Source of the DNA: Planctomycetota bacterium
GTDB lineage: Bacteria > Planctomycetota > UBA8108 > SXIK01
Length of the DNA: 64,000 bases
Reading direction: 5' to 3'
Assembly (NCBI GenBank): GCA_965223265.1
Contig: OZ244999.1
Coordinates: 1,184,001 to 1,248,000, forward strand
A program made the translations under genes and the position numbers. The notes below the pieces were generated by a model. The model was not told the DNA's origin. It ran no database searches and was given only the letters and a program-made list of their open reading frames with translations. Numbering within the stretch: position 1 is the stretch's first letter; each line of letters starts with the position of its first letter. Of the stretch, positions 31,608-42,481 are shown one piece after another.

Positions 31608-33314
31608 TTGCTACGAGATCGAGAGTCCGCTTCACTTCGTCGATTCCGGTTTGGGCTTTTGATCGCTGCTGGAGCTTGCGTCGTCGGGTGGACCGGAGAT
31701 GGCCAAGGAGCCTCGCTGCGACGACTGACCGAGATTCCCGGTGTCGAGACGGCGTTTCCGGTGGACCAGGACTTTGGAATTGAGCCAGCATTCGTCGCCG
31801 TTGGCGAGAGACTCTTTTTCTGGGCCCTATTGGGTCCCGAAGGCGGCCACGGTAACACAGGCCTCTACGTGACCGACGGGACAAGCAAAGGCACTCAAGT
31901 CCTGCGGGAGTTCCGAGCGCCGTGGTCGTCGCCGCATGGATGGTCGACTCCCCAGGAGCTCACGGCGTTCGGCAACCGCCTGTTCTTCTCGGCCTCGGAT
32001 CCCGAGCACGGTCGGGAGCTTTGGGTGAGCGATGGAACCTCCGCTGGAACTGTGCCCCTCACAGACGCCGCCCCCGGGGATGACAGTTCCTGGCCCAGAG
32101 ATCTGACAGTTCTGGGAGAGCGTCTCTTTTTTGCGAGCCTTGGCGGACTCTGGGTGAGTGACGGGAGTGCTGAGGGAACGCATCTATTCCACGAGGCACG
32201 GATTTCACGCTGGTCTTACTTTGCCGTTCAGAATCTGACTGTCGTTGGCGATCGAATCTTCTATACGATGGTGGACGACCCCGAAGATGGCACGGGACTC
32301 TGGGTCAGCGATGGCACGGTGGAGGGGACGATCAGAGTACCCGGTGTCGACCTGGGTAACGTCAGCCGTTTTGTGGCGGTTGGCGAACGCATCTTCTTTG
32401 TGAAGAGAATCCCACAGAGGGCGGGCTACGCACTCTGGGTGAGCGATGGAACGCGAGAGGGTACCCAGGCGCTCGTAAGTCGGCGCTTTCCAGACCATTA
32501 CTGGTGGCCGGACAGTCTTACCGCTTTCACTAACCGGCTCGTTTTCTCTGCGTCCCACCCTGAACAGGGCCAAGAGCTTTGGGTGAGCGACGGAACCTCG
32601 CTGGGAACCTTTCTCCTAAAGGATATCCATCCGGGAATTGGATCTTCTCACCCTCAGGGCTTCACGGCTTTGAGTGATCGGCTTTTCTTCAGTGCCTATG
32701 AGCCGCAGCATGGCTCGGAGCTCTGGGTGAGTGATGGCACCGGCGATGGAACGGTACTTTTCAAGGACGTAGTTTTGGGCTCGTCCGGAGGAGGCCCGAA
32801 CAACTTCACGCGTGTTGGAGATCGTCTGTTCTTTTTCGTCAGTGATCCCCAGCATGGCCAGGGGTTGTGGGTGAGTGACGGCAGCTCTTTAGGGACACGC
32901 TCGATGGCCGACATCTTGCCGGGGAATGTCGATTCTCTTCCTTCCCACTTGACCTCTACCAGGAATCGACTTTTCTTCACTGCGAGAGACGGCGAGTACG
33001 GCGAGCAATTGTGGGTGCTGGATCTTGATGAGACACCGTCTGTCTTTCGTCTCGGTGAGTGCGACGACGACGGTGAGGTGAACCTCGCCGACGCCCTTTG
33101 CAGTCTGAACTGGCTGTTTTTTAGCGGCAACACTCCCGGGTGCATTGCAGCGCTGAACGTCAACGGTGACGCCGCGGTAGACATCGCCGATCCGATCGCG
33201 TTACTGAGCCTTTTGTTTGACGGCGGCCTAACGCTGGGAAGGCCCGACCGCGAGTGCTTCTCGGTCGTCGACAGCGAGCTGGCGTGCATGATCCCATTGG
33301 CGAGCTGCCAGTAG
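31608..33314 (+). CDS. ELWxxDGT repeat protein with a C-terminal dockerin-like domain
   Basis: Multiple 'ELWVSDGT'-type repeats; 'FRLGECDDDGEVNLADA..LNWLF'. Confidence 0.88.
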   Translation: MLRDRESASLRRFRFGLLIAAGACVVGWTGDGQGASLRRLTEIPGVETAFPVDQDFGIEPAFVAVGERLFFWALLGPEGGHGNTGLYVTDGTSKGTQVLREFRAPWSSPHGWSTPQELTAFGNRLFFSASDPEHGRELWVSDGTSAGTVPLTDAAPGDDSSWPRDLTVLGERLFFASLGGLWVSDGSAEGTHLFHEARISRWSYFAVQNLTVVGDRIFYTMVDDPEDGTGLWVSDGTVEGTIRVPGVDLGNVSRFVAVGERIFFVKRIPQRAGYALWVSDGTREGTQALVSRRFPDHYWWPDSLTAFTNRLVFSASHPEQGQELWVSDGTSLGTFLLKDIHPGIGSSHPQGFTALSDRLFFSAYEPQHGSELWVSDGTGDGTVLFKDVVLGSSGGGPNNFTRVGDRLFFFVSDPQHGQGLWVSDGSSLGTRSMADILPGNVDSLPSHLTSTRNRLFFTARDGEYGEQLWVLDLDETPSVFRLGECDDDGEVNLADALCSLNWLFFSGNTPGCIAALNVNGDAAVDIADPIALLSLLFDGGLTLGRPDRECFSVVDSELACMIPLASCQ

Positions 33315-33405
33315 AACGACGCAGTCTATAAGACAGGAGAGGAATACGACCAGCGAAGAGGACCGGAGCGAAGTAGCAAGTACTCACCGAGTCAGCGATA
33401 GATCA

Positions 33406-35424
33406 ATGAGCTATAGAAGACGAGCGGTCAAGATGGACCTGCGTAGGATCTCTTGGGCGGCGGTGACGATCGCGGGAGTTTTCGTCAGCGACGTTCTTTG
33501 CGCTCAGGTGCTGCGCGCCAAGGTGTCGGTCAAGGTGGTTCTTGATGAGGGTGGCCACCGGTTCACGGAGGGTTTTTACCATCAAGACTCGCAGATCATC
33601 GAATACAACGAGATCGCTAACGCAGTCCTTGCTGCCGGTGGTGCTGACTGGCGACTCGATCTCGTCGAGATCGTCGAAGTTGGAGGCATCGCGCAGTGGT
33701 ACGGCCCCGTCCCAGGTTTCTCAACCCGGGATGGCATCGAGGCGGCAGCGGCAAGCGATTCAGAGACTTACCGCTGGCGCCCTGATGCCATCAACGTCTA
33801 CATCGTCAATGAGTTGAGCGACGCCGCCGCGGTCTGTTCGTTTCCCGGGGGGCACGACGCCATTGTACTGAGCAACCTTGTTCCTCCTCCCCCGACTCAG
33901 CACACACCAGAGGAGCATGCCTTTGGAGTTGCCACGACCCTCTGGCTGCACGAGATAGGGCACTACTTTGACCTGGCGCACACGCAGGGGCGTACTTGTC
34001 TGGGCTGTGATCCAGAAAACTTCAGCGGCACTTGCCACACGACGCCCGGGGATGACGCCGTCGCAGACACGCTCCCGGATCTTGCCAGTCCATGCTGGGA
34101 TCAAGATGACATCGCTCGTTACAGTTTCGCTGTCGACTACGCAAGCCTGTCGCCGCAGGAGCAGAATCAGGTCGACGAAACCGTTTTCAACGTCATGAGC
34201 TACCACGTTTTCGAGATCCTGGCCGAGGGAGAGGCCTTCTTAACCGCGGGCCAAGTGGCACGTATGGATGTGGAGATGCATCCACTCACCGGTCGGCGAC
34301 TCGATGTCCTCAACCTACCGCGCCCGAGGATTACTGTCGGGATGGAGGAGATCGTCGAGACGCAGCTGGTTGAGTTCGACGGCAGCAGCTCGACGGTCGA
34401 TCCCGCCCACGCCGTCGCGACTTACCAGTGGGACTTCGGCGACGGCAGCACCGCTGAGGGCGAGCTGACGAGTCACACCTACACCACCCCAGGTGTGTAC
34501 ACCGTTCGGTTGACCGTCACGGACGACCAGGGACTGTGGATGATCGCCGAAGAGGAGGTGCACGTGCTTCTCGACGGGGAGCCTCCCGCTCCGTGGATCT
34601 CCCAGATCATCGGGGAGTCAACGGTCGGCGGCGGTGCAAGGGCGGAAGACGAGGGACTACTGATCCAGGGAGCTGGCGACGGTTTTCGGTCGACGAGCGA
34701 CGCTTTCCAGTTTGTTCACCAGAGGGTCATAGGCGACTTCGCTCTCACCGCCCAGATCGCGCGGTGGCAAGCCGAACAGGGTGCGCGCCTCGGTCTCATG
34801 GTGCGCGAGAGCCTCGCCGAGGGAGCGCGTCACGGGACGGTGAACCTGCTCCAGTCGTTTTCAGGTTTCCGACAGCAGTTTCGCCGGCGCGAGGTGACCG
34901 ACGGCTCGACGAGAAACGTAACAGGCAGCGCGTACGAGACACCGAGGGTTTGGCTCAGGATCGAACGGCGTGGCGATGCTATTCTCGGCAGCATTTCCGA
35001 AGATGGGAGCACCTGGACCGACCCAAAGATGATCGTCGAGCTTGCGGATTTCCGAAGTGAGGTCTACGTCGGGGTTGCGTCAGCATCCTCGAGCAATTCT
35101 CCCGGTCCGACCTTTGCTACGCTTTCCAGCCTGTCGCTCTCCCGCCCGCGGTTCATTCGCGGGGACTGTAACGGCGACGGAGGCATCGACGTCTCCGATC
35201 CGATCTCGAGCCTGAACGACCTCTTCTTCCGGCATGACTTGGAACCGCTCGATTGCCCCGACGCCTGCAACGCCAACGCCGACCCTCTCTGGGACATCGC
35301 CGATGCGATCTTCCTGCTCAACTTCCTGTTCCTTGGAGGTGCGGCTCCGGCGGCGCCGTTTCCTGAATGTGGCGGCGTCCCCGGGCCCGCGGCGAGCATC
35401 GGCTGCGGGCAGTTTGGGTGTTAG
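33406..35424 (+). CDS. Secreted metzincin (M43/ulilysin-like) + PKD + beta-sandwich + dockerin-like domain
   Basis: HEIGHYFDLAH zinc motif, Met-turn 'NVMSY', PKD 'YQWDFGDG..HTYTTPGVYTVRLTVTD', 'FIRGDCNGDG'. Confidence 0.85.
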   Translation: MSYRRRAVKMDLRRISWAAVTIAGVFVSDVLCAQVLRAKVSVKVVLDEGGHRFTEGFYHQDSQIIEYNEIANAVLAAGGADWRLDLVEIVEVGGIAQWYGPVPGFSTRDGIEAAAASDSETYRWRPDAINVYIVNELSDAAAVCSFPGGHDAIVLSNLVPPPPTQHTPEEHAFGVATTLWLHEIGHYFDLAHTQGRTCLGCDPENFSGTCHTTPGDDAVADTLPDLASPCWDQDDIARYSFAVDYASLSPQEQNQVDETVFNVMSYHVFEILAEGEAFLTAGQVARMDVEMHPLTGRRLDVLNLPRPRITVGMEEIVETQLVEFDGSSSTVDPAHAVATYQWDFGDGSTAEGELTSHTYTTPGVYTVRLTVTDDQGLWMIAEEEVHVLLDGEPPAPWISQIIGESTVGGGARAEDEGLLIQGAGDGFRSTSDAFQFVHQRVIGDFALTAQIARWQAEQGARLGLMVRESLAEGARHGTVNLLQSFSGFRQQFRRREVTDGSTRNVTGSAYETPRVWLRIERRGDAILGSISEDGSTWTDPKMIVELADFRSEVYVGVASASSSNSPGPTFATLSSLSLSRPRFIRGDCNGDGGIDVSDPISSLNDLFFRHDLEPLDCPDACNANADPLWDIADAIFLLNFLFLGGAAPAAPFPECGGVPGPAASIGCGQFGC

Positions 35425-35679
35425 TGAAAGCACTCAGCTCTTTCTGTCGCTGGTGCAAGACACACCAGTTTCAGCCATCGTGCCTCACTCTTCTTTCATT
35501 TCCTGTCTTCTCTGCGCTCCGCTCGACGCGCTGAAAGTGTCCAGGGCGACCGGTTGGCCGTGAGGTCGTCTGTTGGTCTCAGTCTGGCGTCTTGGATACA
35601 GCGCGTCACCGTCATCGCGCCTACCCCCTGGAAAAACCCACGATTTCCTTCGCGATCCGGTTCTTGTACGATGGCACGA

Positions 35680-38193
35680 ATGAGCACGCGAAAACTGTCT
35701 TGCTTGGTTGTGTTGAGCGTCGCCGCGTGCGGCACGCCGTCGACTGACGAGCTCGCCGAACAGAGGACGGAGGCGCGAGCCGAGACGCGCGCCGACGCGC
35801 GGCACGTGTTCGCGCTTGTTCGGGACTACTGCGTTCGCTGTCACAACGACGAAAGGACGTCCGGTGACCTCAACCTGCACGCGCTGGATCGTCCGGGTCT
35901 GGGAACGTTCGACGAGAGTCGAGAGGCGTGGGAACGGGTCGTCTCGAAGCTCGAGACCGGCGAAATGCCGCCTGAAAAAGCAAGGCAACCCGCGGTCGAA
36001 GAGGTCGCCCGAGTGACTGAGTGGCTGGAAGCGGAGTTTGCCCGGCAAGATCGGGCCATCGAGCCGGAGCCCGGTCGGGTGAGTGCGCGGCGGCTGAACC
36101 GGACCGAATACGGCAACACGATGCGCGACCTTCTTGGCGTCGACATTCGCGCGGCGGCGGATTTTCCGCCAGACCAGGCGGCGTTTGGCTTCGACAACAT
36201 CAGCGATGCCTTGCGGCTCTCACCCGTCCTTATGGAGAAGTACCTGAACGCCGCCGAGCGTTCTGTGCGCACCGCGATGTTTGGTCCGGCCAAACTCGAA
36301 CCCGCGATCACCCACTATCCATTGCCGGTCCGCATCAACTTGCTGCGCGATCAGCAAGCGTTGCCGGAGAACTTGTTCCATTACGACTACAGTGGACTGA
36401 GCATGGTCTACTCGGCGCACGTCGCGCATTACTTTCCGGTCGACGGCGAGTACAGCTTTCGGATCGTGCTCAACGGCCACCGGCCGAACCAATCGGAGCC
36501 CGCCCGCCCGGCGCTCTTCATCGACGGTGTTTTGGCCGAAGAGTTTGAGGTCGACGCCACGGACCTGGAAGGCCAGTTCGTGGAGACGCGTCTCCAGGTC
36601 GCGGCTGGCGAACGGCTGCTGTCGGTCGCGTACCTGAAGGTGTTCCACGGACTTCCGCCGCAGTATGGCGGCCCCGAACCATCCAAACGGGATCCGAAAG
36701 CGCTGCTCAGCAACAACGCTGAAGGTGAGTTGACAAAGGAAGACATCGAGGTCTTGCGCAAACTCGGTACGAAGATCAAAACGGACCGCGTCGAAACGCG
36801 GGTCGACAACCGCTTTGAATCGATCGCCATCGGTGGGCCGTTCAACCAACGAACCGAGCCACTACGGGAGAGTCTGAAGAAGGTGTTCGTCTGCGGCCAT
36901 CCTTCCGGAGAACACGGTCCGGAAGGACACACGGACACTTGCACTCAGACGATCCTCACCGATTTTTCCAGCCGCGCGTACCGCCGTCCCTCAAAGGCTC
37001 AGGAAGTTGAGGACTTGCTGCGTTTGGTGGATTTGGTTCAGGCGCAGGGCGACTCGTGGGAAGAAGGCATCGCGACGGCCCTGCAAGCGATTCTGGTTTC
37101 CCCTCACTTCTTGTTCCGAATTGAGCAGGAACCGGACACTACAAATGGAACGGAGTCGGCACCAGTGACCGACTCCGAGCTCGCTTCGCGGCTGTCGTAT
37201 TTCATTTGGAGTAGCACGCCGGACGCTGAGTTGCTCGAGCTGGCGAAGGAACGGCGGTTGAGGCAGCCCGAAGTGCTGGCTGCCCAGGTGCGCCGCATGC
37301 TCAAGGACGTGAGATCTCGGGCGCTGGTTGAGAACTTCGCGGGTCAGTGGCTGCAGTTCAAGAACATGGATGTCGTCCGCCCGGACGTGCGGCGGTTTCC
37401 CGAATTCGAGGACAGTCTGCGCCGCTCGATGCGCCGTGAGACTGAGCGGTTCCTCGAGGAGATCGTTCAGGAAGACCGTAGTGTCCTTGAGATTCTCGAT
37501 GCGGACTACACGTTCGTTGACGAGCGCCTCGCCCGGTTCTACGGGATCGAGGGAGTCGAAGGCCCTGAGCTGCGCAAGGTCGATGTCGGTGGTACAAAGC
37601 GCGGCGGCGGCGTCCTTTCGCATGCGAGTGTTCTGACGATTTCTTCGTACTCAACGAGAACTTCGCCTGTGCTGCGCGGTAAGTGGATCCTTGAGAATTT
37701 GCTCGACGCACCACCTCCGCCTCCTCCTCCATCGGTCGCGCCGCTTGACGAAGAGAAGGCGGAGCAGCCGGCCTCCTTGCGCGAGCAGCTGGAGGTGCAT
37801 CGGAAGAACACCGCGTGCGCTGGGTGCCACGCGCGGTTGGATCCGCTTGGATTCGGTCTGGAGAACTTCAACGCCGTCGGCGCCTGGCGCGAGTCGGACG
37901 GGGAGCCGGTGGACGCCTCCGGGATACTACCGTCGGGGCAGTCTTTCCGTGGTCACCAGGAGCTCAAACAGATCTTGCTCGAACAGCGCGAGGCGTTCGT
38001 TCGGTGTCTGTCTGAAAAACTACTGATCTACGCGCTGGGACGCGGCTTGGAACGCTATGATCGGCCGGCCCTCGCCGAGATCACCACGCGGCTCCGTGAG
38101 GGAGACCATCGCTTTTCAGAGCTGGTTTTGGGTATCGTGGAAAGCATGCCGTTTCAAATGCGAGGCGCCGCCCGAGCCGAGGTTTCGCCATGA
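35680..38193 (+). CDS. DUF1592-domain cytochrome c protein, possible lipoprotein
   Basis: VAAC lipobox; CVRCH; 'RRLNRTEY', 'SYFIWSSTPD', 'RTSPVLRGKW', CAGCH. Confidence 0.9.
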   Translation: MSTRKLSCLVVLSVAACGTPSTDELAEQRTEARAETRADARHVFALVRDYCVRCHNDERTSGDLNLHALDRPGLGTFDESREAWERVVSKLETGEMPPEKARQPAVEEVARVTEWLEAEFARQDRAIEPEPGRVSARRLNRTEYGNTMRDLLGVDIRAAADFPPDQAAFGFDNISDALRLSPVLMEKYLNAAERSVRTAMFGPAKLEPAITHYPLPVRINLLRDQQALPENLFHYDYSGLSMVYSAHVAHYFPVDGEYSFRIVLNGHRPNQSEPARPALFIDGVLAEEFEVDATDLEGQFVETRLQVAAGERLLSVAYLKVFHGLPPQYGGPEPSKRDPKALLSNNAEGELTKEDIEVLRKLGTKIKTDRVETRVDNRFESIAIGGPFNQRTEPLRESLKKVFVCGHPSGEHGPEGHTDTCTQTILTDFSSRAYRRPSKAQEVEDLLRLVDLVQAQGDSWEEGIATALQAILVSPHFLFRIEQEPDTTNGTESAPVTDSELASRLSYFIWSSTPDAELLELAKERRLRQPEVLAAQVRRMLKDVRSRALVENFAGQWLQFKNMDVVRPDVRRFPEFEDSLRRSMRRETERFLEEIVQEDRSVLEILDADYTFVDERLARFYGIEGVEGPELRKVDVGGTKRGGGVLSHASVLTISSYSTRTSPVLRGKWILENLLDAPPPPPPPSVAPLDEEKAEQPASLREQLEVHRKNTACAGCHARLDPLGFGLENFNAVGAWRESDGEPVDASGILPSGQSFRGHQELKQILLEQREAFVRCLSEKLLIYALGRGLERYDRPALAEITTRLREGDHRFSELVLGIVESMPFQMRGAARAEVSP

Positions 38194-39527
38194 CGTCGAT
38201 CATCACAAGCAAACCCCTTTCTCGCCGCGCGCTGCTGAAAGGCGCCGGAGCGGCGATTGCACTGCCGGTGCTCGACGCGATGCGGCCCGTCTTTGCGGCT
38301 GCGGCCGAAGAGTCGTCCGTGCACGGCATGCCGATCCACCGCGTGGCCGTGGTGTATGTCCCCAACGGGATCGTCATGAAGGAGTGGCTCCCCGACCAGC
38401 CGGGTACGCAGTTCAAGTTGCCTCGTATCCTGCAGCCGTTGGAGCCGTTTCGCGATCACATCACGGTGATTTCGGGTCTTGAAAATACGGCAACAAGAAA
38501 GGCGAAGGGCGGCGCGCATGCGAAGGCGTCCGGCAGCTTTCTTTCGGGCATGCCGCCAAAGTTCACCGCTGGGCCGGATGTCCGCGCTGGGATCACGTTC
38601 GATCAGGTGGCGGCTCGTAAGTGGGCATCGCAGACGCGCGTGCCGTCGCTGCAGCTGGGCCTGGAGGATTCCCGCATGGTGGGCAACTGCGATTCGGGAT
38701 CCAGCTGCGCGTACACAAACTGCCTTTCTTGGAAGGACGCCGAAACACCGCTCGGTGTTGACGTCAATCCTCGATCCGTCTTCGAGCGTCTGTTTGGATC
38801 CGAGGACTTGAGCCTCTCGCCGGAGACGCGCGCGCGGCGAGCGCTCTACCGGAAGAGCATTCTTGACCTGGTCCGCCAGAGCACGAGGGAACTCGTCAGC
38901 ACGCTGGGTGCTGGGGACCGGCGCAAGATGGACGAGTACTTGACGTCGATCCGCGAAGTAGAACAGCGCATCACGGCTGCGGAAAAGGACCCCCGCGTTC
39001 CGACGATCGACAAGCCGTCGGGAATTCCATTCGAGTTTCCCGAGTACGCGCGACTCATGTTGGATCTGCAAGTTATCGCGTTCCAATCGGATCTGAGTCG
39101 CGTGTCGACGATCATGTTCGGCCGCGAAGGTAGCGTGCGAACGTACCCCGAGATCGGCGTCCACGATCCACACCACCCGCTCACGCATCACCGAGGTCAT
39201 CCCGACTTCATTGAACGCGTGACGCAGATCAACCGCCTGCACGCCGAGTTGTTCGCGTACTTCCTCGAGCGGCTCGAGTCAACCCACGATGGAGCGGGGC
39301 CGCTGCTTGACCAATCGGTCATTCTGTACGGCAGCGCTCTCAGTGATGGCAACAGTCATTCAAGCACCAATCTGCCGCTGCTCGTCGCCGGTGGGGGACG
39401 CGGTGGACGCCACGTCGCGGCCGAGAAGCAACCCGTCACCAACCTGTTCGTCGATCTCCTCAACCGCGTGGACATCCCAACCGAATCGTTCGGCGACAGC
39501 ACGGCGCGACTCGACACGGGCGCATAG
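38190..39527 (+). CDS. DUF1552 family protein
   Basis: 'SRRALLKGAG..LPVLDAM', 'FDQVAA', 'HHPLTHH'; ATGA overlap with the upstream gene. Confidence 0.9.
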   Translation: MTSIITSKPLSRRALLKGAGAAIALPVLDAMRPVFAAAAEESSVHGMPIHRVAVVYVPNGIVMKEWLPDQPGTQFKLPRILQPLEPFRDHITVISGLENTATRKAKGGAHAKASGSFLSGMPPKFTAGPDVRAGITFDQVAARKWASQTRVPSLQLGLEDSRMVGNCDSGSSCAYTNCLSWKDAETPLGVDVNPRSVFERLFGSEDLSLSPETRARRALYRKSILDLVRQSTRELVSTLGAGDRRKMDEYLTSIREVEQRITAAEKDPRVPTIDKPSGIPFEFPEYARLMLDLQVIAFQSDLSRVSTIMFGREGSVRTYPEIGVHDPHHPLTHHRGHPDFIERVTQINRLHAELFAYFLERLESTHDGAGPLLDQSVILYGSALSDGNSHSSTNLPLLVAGGGRGGRHVAAEKQPVTNLFVDLLNRVDIPTESFGDSTARLDTGA

Positions 39528-39732
39528 CTGAGTGCTGAGACTGCGGCGTCCGCTCGCCACCTGGCTCTTCGACCCATGCGCGGACGGGTTCCGTGCCGAA
39601 GATTTCGGCGTGTCTTGAGCCCGTTCCAGAAGAGTGCTGGGTGCCGAGCGCCTGAGAGCGTCCTATGAGTTCGCGTTGCGGAGTTTGACGATTGGTCCTT
39701 CGCATCGAAAGAAACCGACCTGACGTCCGCCT

Positions 39733-39933
39733 TCAAGTCTTGTTTGTCAACGTGAGGCAGAGAAGAACGACGACGCCAACGATCAAAAAGCGGAGATACG
39801 GTAGGGGAATGAACAGGCTCAACGCACATCCGACGAAGGTGATTCCAAACCAGGTGACCCCTGATCGATTGGACGCGGCTGCAATTCGAAACATGATCAC
39901 GCACAGACCAATGCCGACAGCGAGTTCAAGCAT
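39733..39933 (-). CDS. Small membrane protein
   Basis: 66 aa with 2-3 hydrophobic segments. Confidence 0.5.
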   Translation of the reverse strand: MLELAVGIGLCVIMFRIAAASNRSGVTWFGITFVGCALSLFIPLPYLRFLIVGVVVLLCLTLTNKT

Positions 39934-40060
39934 CGTAGGCTCCGAAAGCTCATGTGAGAAGGCACACTCCTGATACGTTTCTTCGAGAACCGATGAATTC
40001 GTCAGAGTATTCGGTTTTGTAAGAGAATCAACGGACGACACACATCCGACTCAGCGAGTT

Positions 40061-41002
40061 CTAAGGCATATCTTCCCCGTTCGAATCGGCCGGTTTTGAG
40101 TTCTCATGGCGGCGGCGATAGAGGAGCGTCGCAAGAACGGCGATCAGGACCACCTCAAGCACGGTGGCACTGAGCGATCCCTCGAGCCCGAACGGGCCAC
40201 CGGTGAGGAGCACGCTGGCGTTCGAGACCGGCTGGAGATCGATCCAACCACCTATGTCGACGCCACTGATGGGGAGTCCGAAAATCGGTCCCTGGCACGC
40301 ATTCCAGCCGAAATGAAGCGCGGTCGGGAACCAAATGTTGCCGCTGAGCAAATACGCCAGCGCTAGAAGGATCCCAGCGAGGAAGAGGTTGACGCTGATG
40401 ATGGGGGTCGCCCAGGCCCCTGGGTTGATCGAGTGGAAGAGCCAAAAGAGGACTGAAGAGATGATGACGCCGAGGATCGGACGCCGCACCTCCACCAGGT
40501 TCTGTAAAACGTAGCCACGTGCTACGAGCTCCTCCGTGAACGCGGCGAAGGGAAGAGTGCAGAGGAGAAAGAGAACCGTCCCCGAGATGCTGTGGATGCT
40601 ACCGGTCAGCTCGCCCGCGGCGATGAGGATGCCCGTCAAGGTGGCTAACGGAACGATCCCAAGCGCCAGCCCTGCCCACACCGATGCAGTCCAGCGGCGT
40701 TCCGGCCGGCGCATCCCCAAACTGGCAAGGTCGCGCCGATCAATGTAGCGGCGGAAAATCCAGACGTAGCCGATGGTGAACAGAGTTGTCGGGGGTGCGA
40801 ACGCAGCGCCGACCATCGCCAAATCCCCCTGCAGCCAGTCGACGACCTCGCGCCCTTTTCCGACGCCCGCGCCCACAAGATAGACAGCGAGACCACACGC
40901 GATCGAGAACAGTAACACACCGATCACGTAGCCGACGCAGAAGATCGCAAGGCGCCAAAAGGTCCTGAGTCGGCGCTCGGAGTCAAGGAACCATTTCGAC
41001 AT
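40061..41002 (-). CDS. CPBP (CAAX protease/Abi) intramembrane metalloprotease
   Basis: 'EELVARGY', 'FWLFH', 'ALHFGWN', 'GGPFGLEGS'. Confidence 0.9.
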   Translation of the reverse strand: MSKWFLDSERRLRTFWRLAIFCVGYVIGVLLFSIACGLAVYLVGAGVGKGREVVDWLQGDLAMVGAAFAPPTTLFTIGYVWIFRRYIDRRDLASLGMRRPERRWTASVWAGLALGIVPLATLTGILIAAGELTGSIHSISGTVLFLLCTLPFAAFTEELVARGYVLQNLVEVRRPILGVIISSVLFWLFHSINPGAWATPIISVNLFLAGILLALAYLLSGNIWFPTALHFGWNACQGPIFGLPISGVDIGGWIDLQPVSNASVLLTGGPFGLEGSLSATVLEVVLIAVLATLLYRRRHENSKPADSNGEDMP

Positions 41003-41192
41003 GGTGGAGACTCTCCCCAGATACTTCCCGAAGCCTCGAGATTTCGGTGCAACACTTCCGCCGTACACGACGGGGCAGGTCCAGCCTACGGAGTAAGAGG
41101 TCTGTGACGCGAAGCACCCTCCGCTCACGACTTTCGGGGCACGCTCATTCTCCAGTCCGATCTCGCCCTCGTGAGTGTTTGGTCTACGCCCT

Positions 41193-42164
41193 TTACATGT
41201 TTCCAATTGCCCCATGCGCTGTCAGGTGGTTGACCATGTCGCTACGCCTCCTGTCTTGCGCATAATCCAAAGGCGTCCAATTGCGATCATCCGAACAGTT
41301 GATATCGCCTCCCGCTTCCAGAATCAAATCCACCAGCTTTAGGCAGATCGGCGGTCCCCACTCGGCAGCGTGGTGTAACGGTGTCATACCCGCTTCGTCT
41401 TCGTCGCGATCGTTAACGTCGGCACCGGCATCAAGTAGTGCTTTACAAATGTTCGGCGCCTCCGAAAAGTTCCTTCTTGGACGAACCGCCCAGTTGAGTG
41501 AAGTAGATCCCTGGCAGCGTTTCGAGACGAAGTGCGGGCTCCGCTCCAGCTCCCGGAAGACGATATCGGGTATACAAAGGGTGGAGGCTGTGAAGGCATC
41601 GACAGCCGCTCCCTCCGCAATGAGAAAATCGGCTACCTCCTCGCACTCCTGACAGACGCCATAGACTAACAGCCTGTTGAAAAAGTGCTTCGAGCCGAAA
41701 ACTGGTCTCTTCGCGTCCAGATCGGCCGCGGCAAACGCAGGTAATCTCCGAGATTTTCGAGTATTGACGCGGTCGAGCTGGGCGTGAAGAGGCCGGTTTC
41801 TCGGCCGAATGACTTTTTCAACGGGCTGCTAAGCTAAGGCCGCCCTCTGAAGCGACGTCCGCTCACTAGGGTCCGCAGCGTTCAAAAGATCGGGTCTTTC
41901 AGCAAGAAGCCTCTTCACGTGACCGACAAGCCCGGCCCGTGCCGCCGTCCACAGATCGCAAGGCGCGCCAAGTTCGACGACGAGCTTGATGGACTCGCGA
42001 TAGTTCGGCCGGTGAAAAACCACGCGTTCTGCCGCGCGGATCACGGCAGAGCGTACTTCCTCATCGGCTAAAACGCTCTGATCCACGTCGGACGTGCACA
42101 ATGACTTCAGCCTCTCGGCGTCGCCAGTATCGAGAGCTTTTGTCAATTGTGACTTGTCGACCAT
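41193..42164 (-). pseudogene. Ankyrin repeat protein interrupted by a MITE
   Basis: 'LLDAGADVN..GMTPLHHAAEW', 'NWTPLDYA'; removing 168 bp restores RAAL-VYGVCQECEEVADFLIAEGA. Confidence 0.85.
41670..41828. mobile_element. 159-bp MITE, copy 2
   Basis: Identical to 13892-14050; flanked by CTAA at 41666-41669 and 41829-41832. Confidence 0.93.
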
Positions 42165-42481
42165 CGCTTGGTTTGCTCAACCGTTTGTAGCGTATGAATC
42201 GATGAATCTATCATACAAAAAAGTCGTTCGCCTGAGGAATAAACCTCTTCACTTCGCTCGGACGCGTCACACTAAACTACCTGATCACGCCAACCGATGC
42301 ACGACCCGAGAGTTGTCAGAGACGATACCGTTTTTCCTCGAAGACACATAGATCGTCGGCGGCGATGCGGTCAACGCACCTTCTCCGTAGCGGGGCGCGA
42401 CGCGAGTCGCACGGGCTCGGAGACGTCGCGGGTGTCGACGAGATCCTCCTTTGATGAGCCAAAGCGTTTCCTCAATCCGCA

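Noticed and set aside
31860-33020. Recurring TGGGTGAG(C/T)GA(C/T)GG sequences as a CRISPR array
   Set aside because: They encode the WVSDG part of ELWxxDGT repeats, are degenerate and widely spaced, and no cas genes are present.
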